Origin: an uncultured delta proteobacterium
GTDB taxonomy: Bacteria > Myxococcota > Myxococcia > SLRQ01
Assembly: GCA_963727485.1 (NCBI GenBank)
Contig: CAVSGM010000001.1
Coordinates: 576,001 to 640,000 of the forward strand
Length of the DNA: 64,000 nucleotides
Reading direction: 5' to 3'
The position numbers and the translations under genes were made by a program. The notes under the pieces were generated by a model. It saw only the letters and a list, made by a program, of their open reading frames with translations, was not told the origin of the DNA and ran no database searches. This document shows positions 1 to 10,156 of the stretch, piece by piece (position 1 is the first letter of the stretch; each line of letters begins with the position of its first letter).

Positions 1-15
1 GTCTCCGTATCCCAT
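1..15 (-). CDS. 5' end of a gene running off the window (MGYGD...), possibly a vWA-domain protein co-transcribed with the kinase-like gene
   Basis: ATG at 15 on the minus strand preceded by an AAGGAG RBS, just after the stop of the kinase-like gene; only 5 codons visible. Confidence 0.35.
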
Positions 16-38
16 GGGCTTGGGACTCCTTCCGGGGG

Positions 39-1058
39 TCAGGGGTCGGTGGGCAGGACCAGCGGGTGGAAGCTCGGGGCGCCGAAGCACGCGCGGGCGA
101 GCTCGCCCACGGTCTCCCGGAGCTGCCAGGCGGTGACGGTCCGGCCCGGTGGGGGATCGTCCGCCGCCACCTCCGCCAGGAGCCCGGCGAGGGGGGCGGG
201 GATGGTGTCCGGGACCCGGCCGGAGCGGCCGTCGCCGCCGAGGGCGAAGGCCACGCAGCGGGCGCTCATGATCAGGTCGGCGCGGCGGCTGCGCACCTCG
301 GGGCCGTCGGGGTAGAGATCCGGGTGGCGCGCCGGCGCCCGCTCGACCTTCGTGCCCTCGGCGCCGGCGTGGACGAAGCCGGCGAGGCGGGCCCCGTGCT
401 CCCCGTCCTGCACCAGCACGTGCTGGGGGAGCACTGCGCCGTGGCACACGCCGTGCTCGTGGACGACGTGGAGGATCTCGAGGAGCCGGCGCCACAGCCA
501 CGGCCCCACCTGGGGGGCCACGCCGCCGGGCCAGGCCGCCCGGACGTCCTCGAGGGTGTGGACGAAGCCCGGCGTCCAGCGGAACACCGCCCCGTAGCCG
601 CCCGCGTGGAGGTCGTGGAGGGGACCGGCGGCGACGGGATCGGGGAGGCGCCGGGCGAGCTCGGGGGCATCGGCGGCGACCTGGGCCTGGAGGCGGCCGG
701 TCAGCGCCACCTCGTGGTCGAGGCGCGGGGCGTCGGCGGCATCGCGCAGCACCTTGAGGAGCACCCGCTCCGAGGGGAAGCGCGCCCGCTCGGCGAGGTA
801 GACCACCGAGGTGTCGCCCTCGGCGAGGCGGCGCAGGGGCGCGTAGTGGACGCCCTCGAGGGTGGTCCAGGTGTCGTAGCCGTTTGCCGCCGGGTCGTTC
901 CAGGCCTCGAAGGCCGCCCGGAACCGCGCCCGGCTCACCACCGAGGGATCGAGGCGGACGGTGGTGCCGCAGAACTCGCAGACGGTGCTGCGGGCGAAGC
1001 GGCTGGGCGGGGTGAGGGCGGCCCCGCAGCGGGGGCACTCGAGGACCGAGGCGTTCAC
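39..1058 (-). CDS. Zn-ribbon plus divergent Ser/Thr kinase-like protein
   Basis: C-terminal part of ORF 39..2519; GTG at 1058; CPRC...CEFC ribbon, LAEGDTSVVYLA (Gly-loop-like), VLLKV lysine, VCHGAVLPQHVLV in place of HRD. Confidence 0.7.
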   Translation of the reverse strand: MNASVLECPRCGAALTPPSRFARSTVCEFCGTTVRLDPSVVSRARFRAAFEAWNDPAANGYDTWTTLEGVHYAPLRRLAEGDTSVVYLAERARFPSERVLLKVLRDAADAPRLDHEVALTGRLQAQVAADAPELARRLPDPVAAGPLHDLHAGGYGAVFRWTPGFVHTLEDVRAAWPGGVAPQVGPWLWRRLLEILHVVHEHGVCHGAVLPQHVLVQDGEHGARLAGFVHAGAEGTKVERAPARHPDLYPDGPEVRSRRADLIMSARCVAFALGGDGRSGRVPDTIPAPLAGLLAEVAADDPPPGRTVTAWQLRETVGELARACFGAPSFHPLVLPTDP

Positions 1059-1212
1059 GGGCGAGGGAACCCTACCAGATCCCCGGGCGGCCCTCTGGGG
1101 GAGGTCACGGGGACGGCGCCGGCGCTTTGACCGCAGCTCGGCGACCCGGCTATCGTCGGCACCTTGGAGCCGGGGGGCTAAAGAACATCCAGCACCTGCC
1201 GAACCAGGAGGC

Positions 1213-2172
1213 ATGATGCCGAGACCCGCAGCGCCCGTTCCCCCGGCCCCGGTCGACGAGGAGGCGGAGCTCCAGCGCCAGGAGACCGAGCTCGCCCGGC
1301 GCGAGGCCGATCTCGCCGGCCGCGAGGAGGCGGTGGCCGCGGCCCTGGGGCGGGCCCAGGCCCGCTTCCAGGCCCTGGAGGAGAAGCTGGTGGTCCTCGC
1401 CCGCGACGGGGCCCCCGGTGCCGACGCGCTCCTGGGGCGCCTTCCGTCCCTGGCCCCGCCCCCGGGAAGCCGGGATCGCGAGGCCGCCCGCCAGGCCCGG
1501 CGCCAGGCCCTCGCCGCCCGGGCGGCCGCCCTCTCCCACCGGGAGCAGGCCGCCGGGCTCATCTCCCAGTCCCTCGCCGGGGCGGTGAAGCAGATCGAGG
1601 CCGGGGAGACCGAGGCCGGTCGCCTCGCCCAGGCCCAGGACACGGCCCGCCAGCAGGCGGCGGCCCAGGCCCAGGCGGCGGCCCAGGCCCAGGCGGCGGC
1701 CCAGGCCCAGGCGGCGGCGCCCAGGCCCAGGCGGCCGCCCGGACCGCGCCGGCGATCCCCGCGGCCGCCGACGCGCCCCACGGCACCCCCATCGCCCGGA
1801 TCCACCCCCAGGCCCCCGACCGGCCCGGGCCGCCTCGCATCGCCCCGCGGGTGCGCCTCGACGCCCAGGTCGACCTCCAGGGCGACACCAACTTCTACGT
1901 CGGCTTCGCCCAGAACGTCTCCGCCGGCGGCCTCTTCGTCGCCTCCTTCGACTTCCACCCGGTGGGCACCGAGGTCGACGTCGCCTTCGCCCTCCCCGAC
2001 GGCACCCGGATCCAGACCCGCGGCACGGTGCGCTGGGTCCGGGAGGTGAACGACGCCACCCCCGACGTCTGGCCGGGGATGGGCCTCGAGTTCCAGGCCC
2101 TCCACCCGGAGGCCGAGGCGGCGATCCAGCGGTTCATCGCCGAGCGCGAGCCCCTCTTCTACCCCGACTCGA
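1213..2172 (+). CDS. Coiled-coil protein with C-terminal TIGR02266 (myxobacterial PilZ-like) domain; apparent frameshift near 1720 and stop lost near 2170
   Basis: AGGAGG RBS before ATG 1213; frame of ORF 1851 gives TNFYVGFAQNVSAGGLFVAS...GTVRWVRE...PGMGLEF...REPLFY; removing one C at about 2170 gives GAC TGA. Confidence 0.75.
1651..1735 (+). repeat. 18-bp coding tandem repeat encoding (AQAQAA)n
   Basis: GCGGCGGCCCAGGCCCAG repeated about 4 times; the frameshift sits in the last copy. Confidence 0.8.
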
Positions 2173-2519
2173 TCCCCGTCGCGCCGCATGCCCCTCGGAC
2201 CCACGGGGTCCAGCGCCGCGGCGACGGCGGCGGCCTCACGGGCGAGGGCCGCGACGTCGATCCCCGCGGGGGTCCCGTCGACCCCGGCGAGGGTGTCGGC
2301 GCCCCGGGCGAGGACCCGCCGGGCGCCGACCCGGTTGCCCCGGGCGAGGTGCACCCAGCCGGCGGCGACCTGGGCCAGCCCCTTCCACAGGGGCCGCTCG
2401 CCGGCGGGGGTCGCCGGGTCACGCCACCTCGCCTCGAAGGCCTCGTGGGCCGCGAAGGGCCGGCCCGCCTCGAGGTCGGCGAGGGCCGCGCGGGCCCGGG
2501 GATCGGGGGTGGCCCTCAA
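2159..2519 (-). CDS. DUF309 family protein
   Basis: FAAHEAFEARW...LWKGLAQVAAGWVHLARGNRVGA motif; the same one-base correction near 2170 restores a TAG at 2159. Confidence 0.75.
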
Positions 2520-3265
2520 GGCGCCTCGAGGCCCGCGAGGAACTCGAGGAGCACCGCATCGAAGGCCAGTGGCCGCTCCAGGCTCGAGAGGTGGCCCGCC
2601 TCGGGGATCACCTCCAGCCGGGCGCCGGGGATGGCGCCGGCGAGCTGCCGGGCGGTCTCCGGTGGCGTGAGGGTGTCCTCGGCGCCGACGACCACCAGGG
2701 TGGGCACGTCGATCTCCGGGAGCAGCGGGGCCGAGTCCGGGCGGTCGCGCATGGCCTCGAGGGCCCGGGCGACGCCCTCGGGGTCGGCGCCGGCCACCCG
2801 GTCGCGCACGCTTTCGACCACCGTGGGCCGCTGGTGGCGGCTGGTCTCACCAAGGAGCGCCGGGACCAGGGTGTCCGGGAGCCAGGCCACGCCCTCGGCC
2901 CGGGCCCGGGCCGCCTGGGCGGTGCGCCGGGTGCGGCCCGGGTCGTCGTCGGCCTCGGCGCGGGTGTCCACCAGCACCAGCGCCGCGACCCGGTCCGGGT
3001 GCCGAGCGACGAGGCGCAGGGCCACGTAGCCGCCCAGGGAGCAGCCCACCACCACCGCCCGATCGAAGCCCGCGTCGTCGAGGTCCCGGACCACGGTGTC
3101 GGCGAAGGACCCGAGGTCCGCGGCCCCCGGCGCGCGTCCCCCGAAGCCCGGGAGGTTCGGCGCCAGGGCGGGACCGAGGCGACCCAGGCTGGCGAGCTGC
3201 GGCGCCCACATGGTGCCGTCGAGGGGGAAGGCGTGGAGGAGCACGACGGGAGGTCGACCGGCCAT
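2516..3265 (-). CDS. Alpha/beta fold hydrolase (PcaD/MhpC-like)
   Basis: LLHAFP, GCSLGG nucleophile elbow, VGAEDTL, AGHL. Confidence 0.9.
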   Translation of the reverse strand: MAGRPPVVLLHAFPLDGTMWAPQLASLGRLGPALAPNLPGFGGRAPGAADLGSFADTVVRDLDDAGFDRAVVVGCSLGGYVALRLVARHPDRVAALVLVDTRAEADDDPGRTRRTAQAARARAEGVAWLPDTLVPALLGETSRHQRPTVVESVRDRVAGADPEGVARALEAMRDRPDSAPLLPEIDVPTLVVVGAEDTLTPPETARQLAGAIPGARLEVIPEAGHLSSLERPLAFDAVLLEFLAGLEAP

Positions 3266-3286
3266 GCCGGGACCATAGGACATCCG

Positions 3287-4879
3287 TCAGGGCGATGCCG
3301 GCGCCCGGGGCAGGGTGAGGGTGAAGGTGGTCCCGGCCTCGGGGTCGCTTGCGGCGTCGAGCCGGCCACCGTGGGCGGCGGCGCACCCCTGGACCAGGGT
3401 CAGGCCCAGGCCCAGGGCCCGGCGCGGGGTGCCCCGGGTGACGGGCGCGACCAGGGCCCGGAGCTGATCGGCCGGGAGGGGCGGGCCGGCGTTGGTCACC
3501 GATATCGCCACCTGCTCTGGGGTGCCCCTCACCGCGAGCCGCAGGGGCTGCCCCCGGGTCCCGTGGTGGCAGGCGTTGTCGATGAGGTGCCGCACCGCCC
3601 GGCGGACCAGGTCGGCGTCGAGCTCCGCGTTGGTGTCCCCGGTGACCTCGAGGTCGATCCCCCCGCCCTCGGAGGCGGCGAGGGTCGCCACCAGCTCTCG
3701 GACCAGCTCCCCGACGTCCACGGCGGTCGGTCGCAGGGGCAGCCGCTCCCCGGCGCCGACCCGGTTGGTGAGGAGGACGTCCTCGAGCTGCCGATCGGCG
3801 GCGTCCACGCTCCCGGTGATCCGCGCCGCCAGCTTCGCCGTCCGGGGGGCGTCGTCGGGGCGTCCCTCGATGGCCTGGGCGGTGAGGCGGATCGCCGCCA
3901 GGTGACCCCGGAGATCGTGTCCCAGGTGGCTCACCGCCTCCTGGCGCAGGCGCACCTCGCCCTCGAGGCGATCGACGAGGGCGAGCCGCGTCTGGTCGAG
4001 GCGGGCGAGGTCGAGGAACACGGCCACCCGGCCGGCGAAGCGTGCGAAGCGCCGGGTCTCGAGGAAGCCGAAGCCGCGCGGCCGCGTCGAGGTCACGTAG
4101 ACCACCCCCAGGGGCCGCCCCCGGGAGAAGAGCCGCGCCGCCAGGCCGTCGACCATCCGGTTCTGGCGCAGGGCCCGGGCCACCGCCGGGGCCTCGTCGG
4201 TGGCCGAGAGGACCCGGGGCGCGTCGTCGCCGGTCACCAGGTCCACCAGGGCCGGATGGCCCAGGGGCTTGGGATCCGGCAGGCCCCGGGCGGCGGCGAG
4301 GGCGAGCTGGCCGCTGTCGGTGTCGAAGAGGAAGAGGGCGCCGGCGGAGGCCCCCACCGACTCCAGGAGGGCGTCGAGGGCCGGGAGGATCCACCTCGGC
4401 GGCGACTCGACGCCGTCGCCGTGGGACACGTCGTCGAGGCGCCGGAGGAGCCGGCGCTCGGCGGCGATCCCCGCCTTCACCCGCTCGAAGAACACGCCCA
4501 CGGTGGCGGCGCAGGTGGCCCCCACCGCCAGCTGCAGCCGGCTCATCTCGGCCGGGGACGGCCGCGCGTCCTCGGGGAGGGCGCCGAGGACCTCGACCAG
4601 CACCTGCTCCAGGACCAGATGCTCGGCGACGCTCTCCTCGAGGTCGAAGCCCGGGCGCAGCTCGCTGGCCTGGTGGGCGCGGTGGAGCGCCGCCAGCGCT
4701 GGCGCGTCCTCGGGCCCGTTCTCGAAGACCTGGGCCAGGTCCGAGAGCAGGGCGCCGAGGTGGTCCGCGAGCTCCAGGCGGGTCACCCCCCGGGCGGACG
4801 CGGCCCGTCCGGCGACCTCGCGCCACCGGTGGCGGATCTCCCCCTCGTGGGCGCCGAGGACGGCGGCGAGCCCGGGCAT
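3287..4879 (-). CDS. GAF sensor histidine kinase (start uncertain, up to 4924)
   Basis: GHDLRGHL H-box, LIDNACHH N-box, GLGLGL G-box; N-terminal helical domain plus GAF-like region. Confidence 0.85.
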   Translation of the reverse strand: MPGLAAVLGAHEGEIRHRWREVAGRAASARGVTRLELADHLGALLSDLAQVFENGPEDAPALAALHRAHQASELRPGFDLEESVAEHLVLEQVLVEVLGALPEDARPSPAEMSRLQLAVGATCAATVGVFFERVKAGIAAERRLLRRLDDVSHGDGVESPPRWILPALDALLESVGASAGALFLFDTDSGQLALAAARGLPDPKPLGHPALVDLVTGDDAPRVLSATDEAPAVARALRQNRMVDGLAARLFSRGRPLGVVYVTSTRPRGFGFLETRRFARFAGRVAVFLDLARLDQTRLALVDRLEGEVRLRQEAVSHLGHDLRGHLAAIRLTAQAIEGRPDDAPRTAKLAARITGSVDAADRQLEDVLLTNRVGAGERLPLRPTAVDVGELVRELVATLAASEGGGIDLEVTGDTNAELDADLVRRAVRHLIDNACHHGTRGQPLRLAVRGTPEQVAISVTNAGPPLPADQLRALVAPVTRGTPRRALGLGLTLVQGCAAAHGGRLDAASDPEAGTTFTLTLPRAPASP

Positions 4880-4936
4880 GTGCACCTCCGCTGCGAGCCT
4901 AGGGCCCGTTCCGGCGGTCGCCACCCGGGCCGCCGG

Positions 4937-6100
4937 TCACCCCTCGACGAAGCTCTCCTGGTAGCCCGCATCCTCCACGGAGACGGCCGCCTCGGTGAGC
5001 TCGAGGGGCCTCACGCAGTCGAGCATCACCGCCAGCTCGCTGGTCTGACGGTGGCCGATGCTCCCCTCGTAGGCGCCCGGGTGGGGGCCGTGGGGGAGAC
5101 CCGCAGGGTGGAAGGAGATGCTCCCCGGCCCGACCCCGCGCCGGGAGGTGAAGTCGCCGCGGACGTAGAAGAGGAACTCGTCCACGTCGACGCTGGAGTG
5201 GGGGTAGGGGCAGGGGATGGCGTCGGGGTGGAAGTCGACCATCCGCGGGACGAAGCTGCAGATGAGCGCGCCCCGGGTGCCGAAGGTCCCGTGCCAGGTC
5301 GGCGGCAGGTGCACCAGCCCCGCGCGGGGCTGGAAGTTCAAGATGGGGAAGATGAAGGGGTAGACGCTCCCGTCCCAGCCCACGACGTCGAGGGGCGAGT
5401 GGTCGACGGTGAACCCGTGGAAGGCGCCGGCCTTCTTCACCACCAGCTTCCGGATCCCCTCGTCCATGGGCCCCAGGTGCTCGGGGCGCTTGAAGTCCCG
5501 GGCGCAGTAGGGCGCGTCCATCTTCAGCTGGCCCACCTCGTTGCGCCACTGCTCCAGGAGGTGCAGGGCGCCGAGACACTCGATGGACAGCCAGGTCTGG
5601 CGCACGCCGTCGTCGGGGATGAAGCGGTGGGGGAGGCCCCGGGGCACGGCGACGTAGTCGTCGGCCTGGTAGCGCAGATCGCCGAGGACCGAGCGCAAGG
5701 TCCCGGTGCCCTCCTGGACGAAGTAGAGGTCGTCGCCGTCGGCGTTGGCGAAGTACACCGGGTCGGCGGCGTCCGGGGTCACCAGGGAGAGGACCACGTC
5801 GTCGTTGAACATCAGCGGCACCCGGGCGTCCACCGGCGCCCCGCCCCGGCGCTCGAGCTCCGGCGTCCGGAAGTGGCGCTTGGCCAGCGGCCTCGGCGCC
5901 GCCGCCTGGGGGAGCGTCCACCCGTGCTCCGCCGGCCCCAGGTGGTGCTCGTGGGGCCGACGCAGGTGGTAGGCGATGGTGTAGGGGCCGTCGAAGCCGG
6001 CGCGGGTGATGCACTCCTCCCAGCGCAGGTTCCCCTCGGCGTCGCGGAAGGCGATGTGGTGCTTGGGCGGCACCTCTCCTCGGACGATCCGGTCGAGCAT
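4937..6100 (-). CDS. hmgA: Homogentisate 1,2-dioxygenase
   Basis: FANADGDDLYF, HLPPTWHGTF, CSFVPR, PYPHSSVDVDE, HPAGLPHGPHPG; ATG overlaps the hppD stop. Confidence 0.95.
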   Translation of the reverse strand: MLDRIVRGEVPPKHHIAFRDAEGNLRWEECITRAGFDGPYTIAYHLRRPHEHHLGPAEHGWTLPQAAAPRPLAKRHFRTPELERRGGAPVDARVPLMFNDDVVLSLVTPDAADPVYFANADGDDLYFVQEGTGTLRSVLGDLRYQADDYVAVPRGLPHRFIPDDGVRQTWLSIECLGALHLLEQWRNEVGQLKMDAPYCARDFKRPEHLGPMDEGIRKLVVKKAGAFHGFTVDHSPLDVVGWDGSVYPFIFPILNFQPRAGLVHLPPTWHGTFGTRGALICSFVPRMVDFHPDAIPCPYPHSSVDVDEFLFYVRGDFTSRRGVGPGSISFHPAGLPHGPHPGAYEGSIGHRQTSELAVMLDCVRPLELTEAAVSVEDAGYQESFVEG

Positions 6101-7248
6101 CAGGCGCGGCGCTCCTTCATCTGCTCGCGCTCGATGCTCTCGAAGAGGGCGCGGAAGTTCCCGGCGCCGAAGTGGTCGTCGCCCTTGCGCTGGATGAGCT
6201 CGAAGAAGAAGGGCCCGGCCTCGCTCTCCTTGTAGAGGCCCGCCGAGTCCCGGAGGAAGATCTGGATGAGGTAGGCGTGGTCGGCGGAGCCGTCGACCAG
6301 GATCTCCAGGTCCCGCAGCTCCTCGATGTCCTCGTCGATCTCCTTGATCCCGAGCTTCTCGATGCGCTCGGGGAGCAGGTCGTAGTACGAGCCCGGGGTG
6401 GGCATGAACTCGACGCTGCGCGCCCGCAGGCCCTTCACGCAGCCGACCAGGTCCGGGGTGTGGAGGGCGGCGTGCTGGATGCCCTCGCCGCGGTTGTCCT
6501 CGACGAAGATCCGAATCTGCGAGTCGTGGAAGTTCGGGCGCTCGGGCTCGTTGTTGGCGAACTTCACCCCGCTCTCCGGGTCGTACATCACGATGGAGCG
6601 CAGCCCCGAGCCGGCGTCGCCGCCGCCGACGTCGGTGGTGTGGAACTCCACGTCCCAGAACTGCTTCCAGCCCATGACGTGCTCGAGCCACAGGAGCATG
6701 GGCTTCATGGTGCGGAAGTTGGCGGTGAGGTGGTCGATGTGGGTGAAGCCGAAGGCGTTCTGACCGCCCTGGGGCTCGGCGTGGGACTTCAGGCCCGCGT
6801 AGGTCACCGTCTCGCCCACCCGCTCCACGAACTGGAAGTTGGTGTCGCCGAAGGGGGTGGTGATCGCGAAGGTCTTCACCTCGCCGCCCTCCACCGCCCG
6901 GGTCTCGACGCTGGTGATGGGGGTGCCGCCGTTCCCCTCGATGACCCGCAGGGCCCGGTCGGCGTCCTCGACCTCGAAGACCACGGTGCCCACGCCGTCG
7001 GGGTGGCTGTTCAGGTAGTGCCAGGCCCGGCCACCCTCGCCCACGGGCTCGGAGCAGAGGATGAGGCAGTCGCCGGCCTGGAAGAGGGCCGAGCGCTGGC
7101 GCGAGCGCTTCTCCGCCTCGGGGGTGGAGGCGGCCACCTCGGCGAAGTCCATCTTCTCCTGGTAGAAGCGCCGGGAGCGCTCGAGGTCACGGACGTAGTA
7201 GTGGAGCGACTCGATGCGCTTGATGCCGACGGTCTCGGTGGTGGCCAT
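6100..7248 (-). CDS. hppD: 4-hydroxyphenylpyruvate dioxygenase
   Basis: IDHLTAN, GEGIQHAAL, LIQIF, PFFFELIQRKG...FGAGNFRALFESIEREQ; GGAGG RBS. Confidence 0.95.
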   Translation of the reverse strand: MATTETVGIKRIESLHYYVRDLERSRRFYQEKMDFAEVAASTPEAEKRSRQRSALFQAGDCLILCSEPVGEGGRAWHYLNSHPDGVGTVVFEVEDADRALRVIEGNGGTPITSVETRAVEGGEVKTFAITTPFGDTNFQFVERVGETVTYAGLKSHAEPQGGQNAFGFTHIDHLTANFRTMKPMLLWLEHVMGWKQFWDVEFHTTDVGGGDAGSGLRSIVMYDPESGVKFANNEPERPNFHDSQIRIFVEDNRGEGIQHAALHTPDLVGCVKGLRARSVEFMPTPGSYYDLLPERIEKLGIKEIDEDIEELRDLEILVDGSADHAYLIQIFLRDSAGLYKESEAGPFFFELIQRKGDDHFGAGNFRALFESIEREQMKERRA

Positions 7249-7289
7249 GGGGTTCCTCCGTTCGCGGTGCGTCAGGTTATCCACTCGGG

Positions 7290-7931
7290 TCAGGCGGCGC
7301 CCGTGGGGGCGTCGGGCTGGCGGTCGGGGTGGGCGGCCTGGAAGGCCTCCCTCTCCTGGCACGCCGCCTCGACCCGGGTGAGGGTGGGGTAGGGGGCGAG
7401 GTCCACGCCGTAGCGGCGGGCGTTGTAGAGCTGGGGGACGAGGCAGCAGTCGGCGAAGCTCACCGCGTCGCCGACCAGGTAGGCGCCGGCGGTCTCCTTG
7501 GCCATGGCCTCGAGGGCCGCGAGGCCCCGGGCGATGAAGCTCGCGGCCCAGGCCTGCTTGTCCTGGCCCAGGGCCTCGAGCTGCTTGAGCACCGACGCGT
7601 TCTGCACCGGCTGGATCCCGGCGTTGACCACCTCGGCGAGCTGGCGGACCCGGGCCCGGGCGAGGGCGCCCTCGGGGAGCAGCGGCGGCGCGGGGTGGGT
7701 CTCCTCGAGGTACTCGAGGATGGCGAGGCTCTGGGTGATCGCGGTGCCGTCGCCTGTGACCAGGGTCGGGACCTGGCGCAGGGGGTTGAGGCGCCGGTAG
7801 GCCTCGGCGTGCTGCTCACCGCCGCCGCGCACCAGGTGCACCGCCTGGTACTCGTAGGCGAGGCCCTTGAGGTTCAGGGCGATGCGGACGCGCCAGCTGC
7901 AGGAGCTGCGCCAGTAGCTGTACAGCTTCAT
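7290..7931 (-). CDS. maiA: Maleylacetoacetate isomerase (GST zeta class)
   Basis: YWRSSCSWRVRIAL, QSLAILEYL, IQPVQN, AAHPDRQPD. Confidence 0.95.
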   Translation of the reverse strand: MKLYSYWRSSCSWRVRIALNLKGLAYEYQAVHLVRGGGEQHAEAYRRLNPLRQVPTLVTGDGTAITQSLAILEYLEETHPAPPLLPEGALARARVRQLAEVVNAGIQPVQNASVLKQLEALGQDKQAWAASFIARGLAALEAMAKETAGAYLVGDAVSFADCCLVPQLYNARRYGVDLAPYPTLTRVEAACQEREAFQAAHPDRQPDAPTGAA

Positions 7932-7934
7932 CCG

Positions 7935-8912
7935 TCAGCCCTCGACCACGGTCTGGTCGATGCACCCGAACACGCTGCGGCCGGCGCCGTCGAGCATCTC
8001 GATCTGGATCCGGTCGCCGACCTTCATGAACGGGGTCACCGGGGCGCCCTGGTCGAGGGTCTCCCGGGTCCGGCGCTCGGCGAGGCAGGAGACGCCCCTT
8101 GCCGGGTCGGCGTTGGAGATGGTCCCGCTGCCGAGGATGGTGCCCGCGGTGAACGCCCGGGTCCGGGTGATGTGGGCGAGGAGGTCGTGGAAGGAGAAGT
8201 GCATCTCCGGTCCCGCCTCGGGGTCGCCGGCGAGCTCGCCGTTGAGCACCGAGCGCAGGCGCAGGTGGACCCGGCCGCCTTGCCAGGCGTCGCCGAGCTC
8301 GTCGGGGGTCACCGCGAACGGCGAGAAGGCGGTGGCGGGCTTGGACTGGAAGAACCCGAAGCCCTTCTTCAGCTCGCCGGGGACCAGGTGGCGCAGGGTC
8401 ACGTCGTTGCAGAGCATCAAGAGGCGGATGTGCGACCCGGCGTCCTCGGCGGCGACGCCCAGGGGGGTGTCGTCGAGGATGGCGCAGATCTCCCCCTCGA
8501 AGTCGAGGCCCCACTCGGGGTCCACCAGGGCGAGGTCGTCGGTGGGCCCGAGGAGGACCCCCGAGCCGCCCTGGTAGACCAGCGGGCTGGTCTCCACGTC
8601 GGCGGGGGGCTCGGCGCCCCGGGCCTTTCGCACCAGGATGATGTGGTTGATGTAGGCCGAGCCGTCGACCCACTCGTAGGCCCGTGGCAGCGGCGGGGCG
8701 AGCTGCCCGGGATCGAGGGGCACGCCGGCCACCTTGCCGCTGGCGAGGTCGGCGGCGAGGGCCTCGAGGGCGCCCTCCACGTGGTCCCAGTCGTCGAGGG
8801 CGGCCTGGAGGGTCGGAGCCACGTCGGTGGCGGGGGCGCAGCGTGTGCCGCTGGGGTGGACGACGACCAGGGCGCCGTCACGGCTTCCGTCTCGGAGGGT
8901 GGCGAGTCGCAT
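7935..8912 (-). CDS. Fumarylacetoacetate hydrolase family protein
   Basis: PLPRAYEWVDGSAY, LDFEGE, NDVTLR, FQSKP, GTILGSGT; first gene of the tyrosine catabolism operon. Confidence 0.92.
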   Translation of the reverse strand: MRLATLRDGSRDGALVVVHPSGTRCAPATDVAPTLQAALDDWDHVEGALEALAADLASGKVAGVPLDPGQLAPPLPRAYEWVDGSAYINHIILVRKARGAEPPADVETSPLVYQGGSGVLLGPTDDLALVDPEWGLDFEGEICAILDDTPLGVAAEDAGSHIRLLMLCNDVTLRHLVPGELKKGFGFFQSKPATAFSPFAVTPDELGDAWQGGRVHLRLRSVLNGELAGDPEAGPEMHFSFHDLLAHITRTRAFTAGTILGSGTISNADPARGVSCLAERRTRETLDQGAPVTPFMKVGDRIQIEMLDGAGRSVFGCIDQTVVEG

Positions 8913-8989
8913 GGGCTGCGGGTATCACGCGCGCGCCGGGACCGGCAACCTCGGGCGCCTCGGCTCGGTGGAGGTCGGACGCACAGCGG

Positions 8990-9592
8990 TCAGCGCCGCC
9001 ACCAGGCGAAGGTCGAGGCCGTGGGGTCCCAGTAGACGTGGAACGCCGGGCATCGGCCGTCGTCCACCCGCACCCCGCGCAGGGACGGATGGGCCCGGGC
9101 GAAGCGGGCCCCGGCGACGACCCCGGTGCACCCGGGCGCCTGGCCGGCGCCCTGGCACCCGAGCTTCGCCAGGGGCGGGTGCACCGTCTCGGCGGTGAGG
9201 GTCACCTCGGCGCGGCACAGGGATCCCGGGGCGTGGGGCCTCACCGGGAGGCGGATGAGGCGCACCGGGCCCGGGCGGGTGGTGGGCCCGGCGATGAGCC
9301 CCAGGACCACGGCTCCGCCGGTACGCCCCCGGTAGACCTGGTCGGTGACGCCGTCGCCGGTGAGGTCGGCGGCGAGGACCGGCAGGGGCTGCCAGGTCAC
9401 GTCGGGCGCGGCCGCGCGCAGGGCCTCGGTGGGGTCGGGAGCGGACGGGCCCAGGGCGCCCGGGTCGGACCCCAACGGCCGGGGACCGGTGGCGCAGCCG
9501 GCGGCGAGGATCACCGCCCCGGCGAGGGGGAGGACGCCGGCGAGGGCGGCCGGCAGCCGGGCGAGCAGGTGACGACGGGCACCCACAATCAC
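8990..9592 (-). CDS. Hypothetical lipoprotein
   Basis: Hydrophobic leader ending [15 protein letters not shown] loop; GTGA overlap with the upstream VOC gene. Confidence 0.6.
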   Translation of the reverse strand: MIVGARRHLLARLPAALAGVLPLAGAVILAAGCATGPRPLGSDPGALGPSAPDPTEALRAAAPDVTWQPLPVLAADLTGDGVTDQVYRGRTGGAVVLGLIAGPTTRPGPVRLIRLPVRPHAPGSLCRAEVTLTAETVHPPLAKLGCQGAGQAPGCTGVVAGARFARAHPSLRGVRVDDGRCPAFHVYWDPTASTFAWWRR

Positions 9593-10056
9593 ACCGCGTG
9601 GGCGCCGATGACCTCGGGCGGGGCCTGCACCAGCTCGATGAGCACCCCGGCGCCGCCCACCGGGCTGGCGTCGTTGCCCTTGGGGTGGATGAAGCACACG
9701 TCGTGGCCGGCGGCGCCCTGGCGGATGCCCCCGGGGGTGAAGCGCACGCCCTTTGCCGAGAGCCAGTCCACCGCCGCCTCGAGGTCGTCGACCCACAGGC
9801 CGATGTGGTTCAGGGCGGGCTCGTGGACCTTGGGCCGGCCGTCCGGGTCCACCGGCTGCATCAGGTCGACCTCCACCGCGGTGGGGCCGTCGCCGAGGCG
9901 GGCGATGTCCTCGTCGACGTTCTCCCGCTCGCTCTTGAAGTTCCCGATCTGCGGGAGGCCGAAGAGGTCCAGCCACAGGTGGCGGAGGGCGTCCTTGTCG
10001 GGGCCGCCGAGGGCGACCTGCTGGAGGCCGAGGATGCGGAAGGGACAATCGGGCAT
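9589..10056 (-). CDS. VOC/glyoxalase family protein (methylmalonyl-CoA epimerase-like)
   Basis: [51 protein letters not shown]. Confidence 0.9.
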   Translation of the reverse strand: MPDCPFRILGLQQVALGGPDKDALRHLWLDLFGLPQIGNFKSERENVDEDIARLGDGPTAVEVDLMQPVDPDGRPKVHEPALNHIGLWVDDLEAAVDWLSAKGVRFTPGGIRQGAAGHDVCFIHPKGNDASPVGGAGVLIELVQAPPEVIGAHAV

Positions 10057-10156
10057 GGTCGCTCCTGGGGCTCGGGGAGGGGGCAACATAGATCGGCGCG
10101 GGCGGCGTGTCTTCCGGGCGGCCGGCCCCGGCTGGTTCTGGGTTAGGCTGTAGCCC

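Noticed and set aside
39..2519. 826-aa DUF309-kinase fusion
   Set aside because: One extra base near 2170 explains the read-through; the middle part is the antisense of the TIGR02266 gene.
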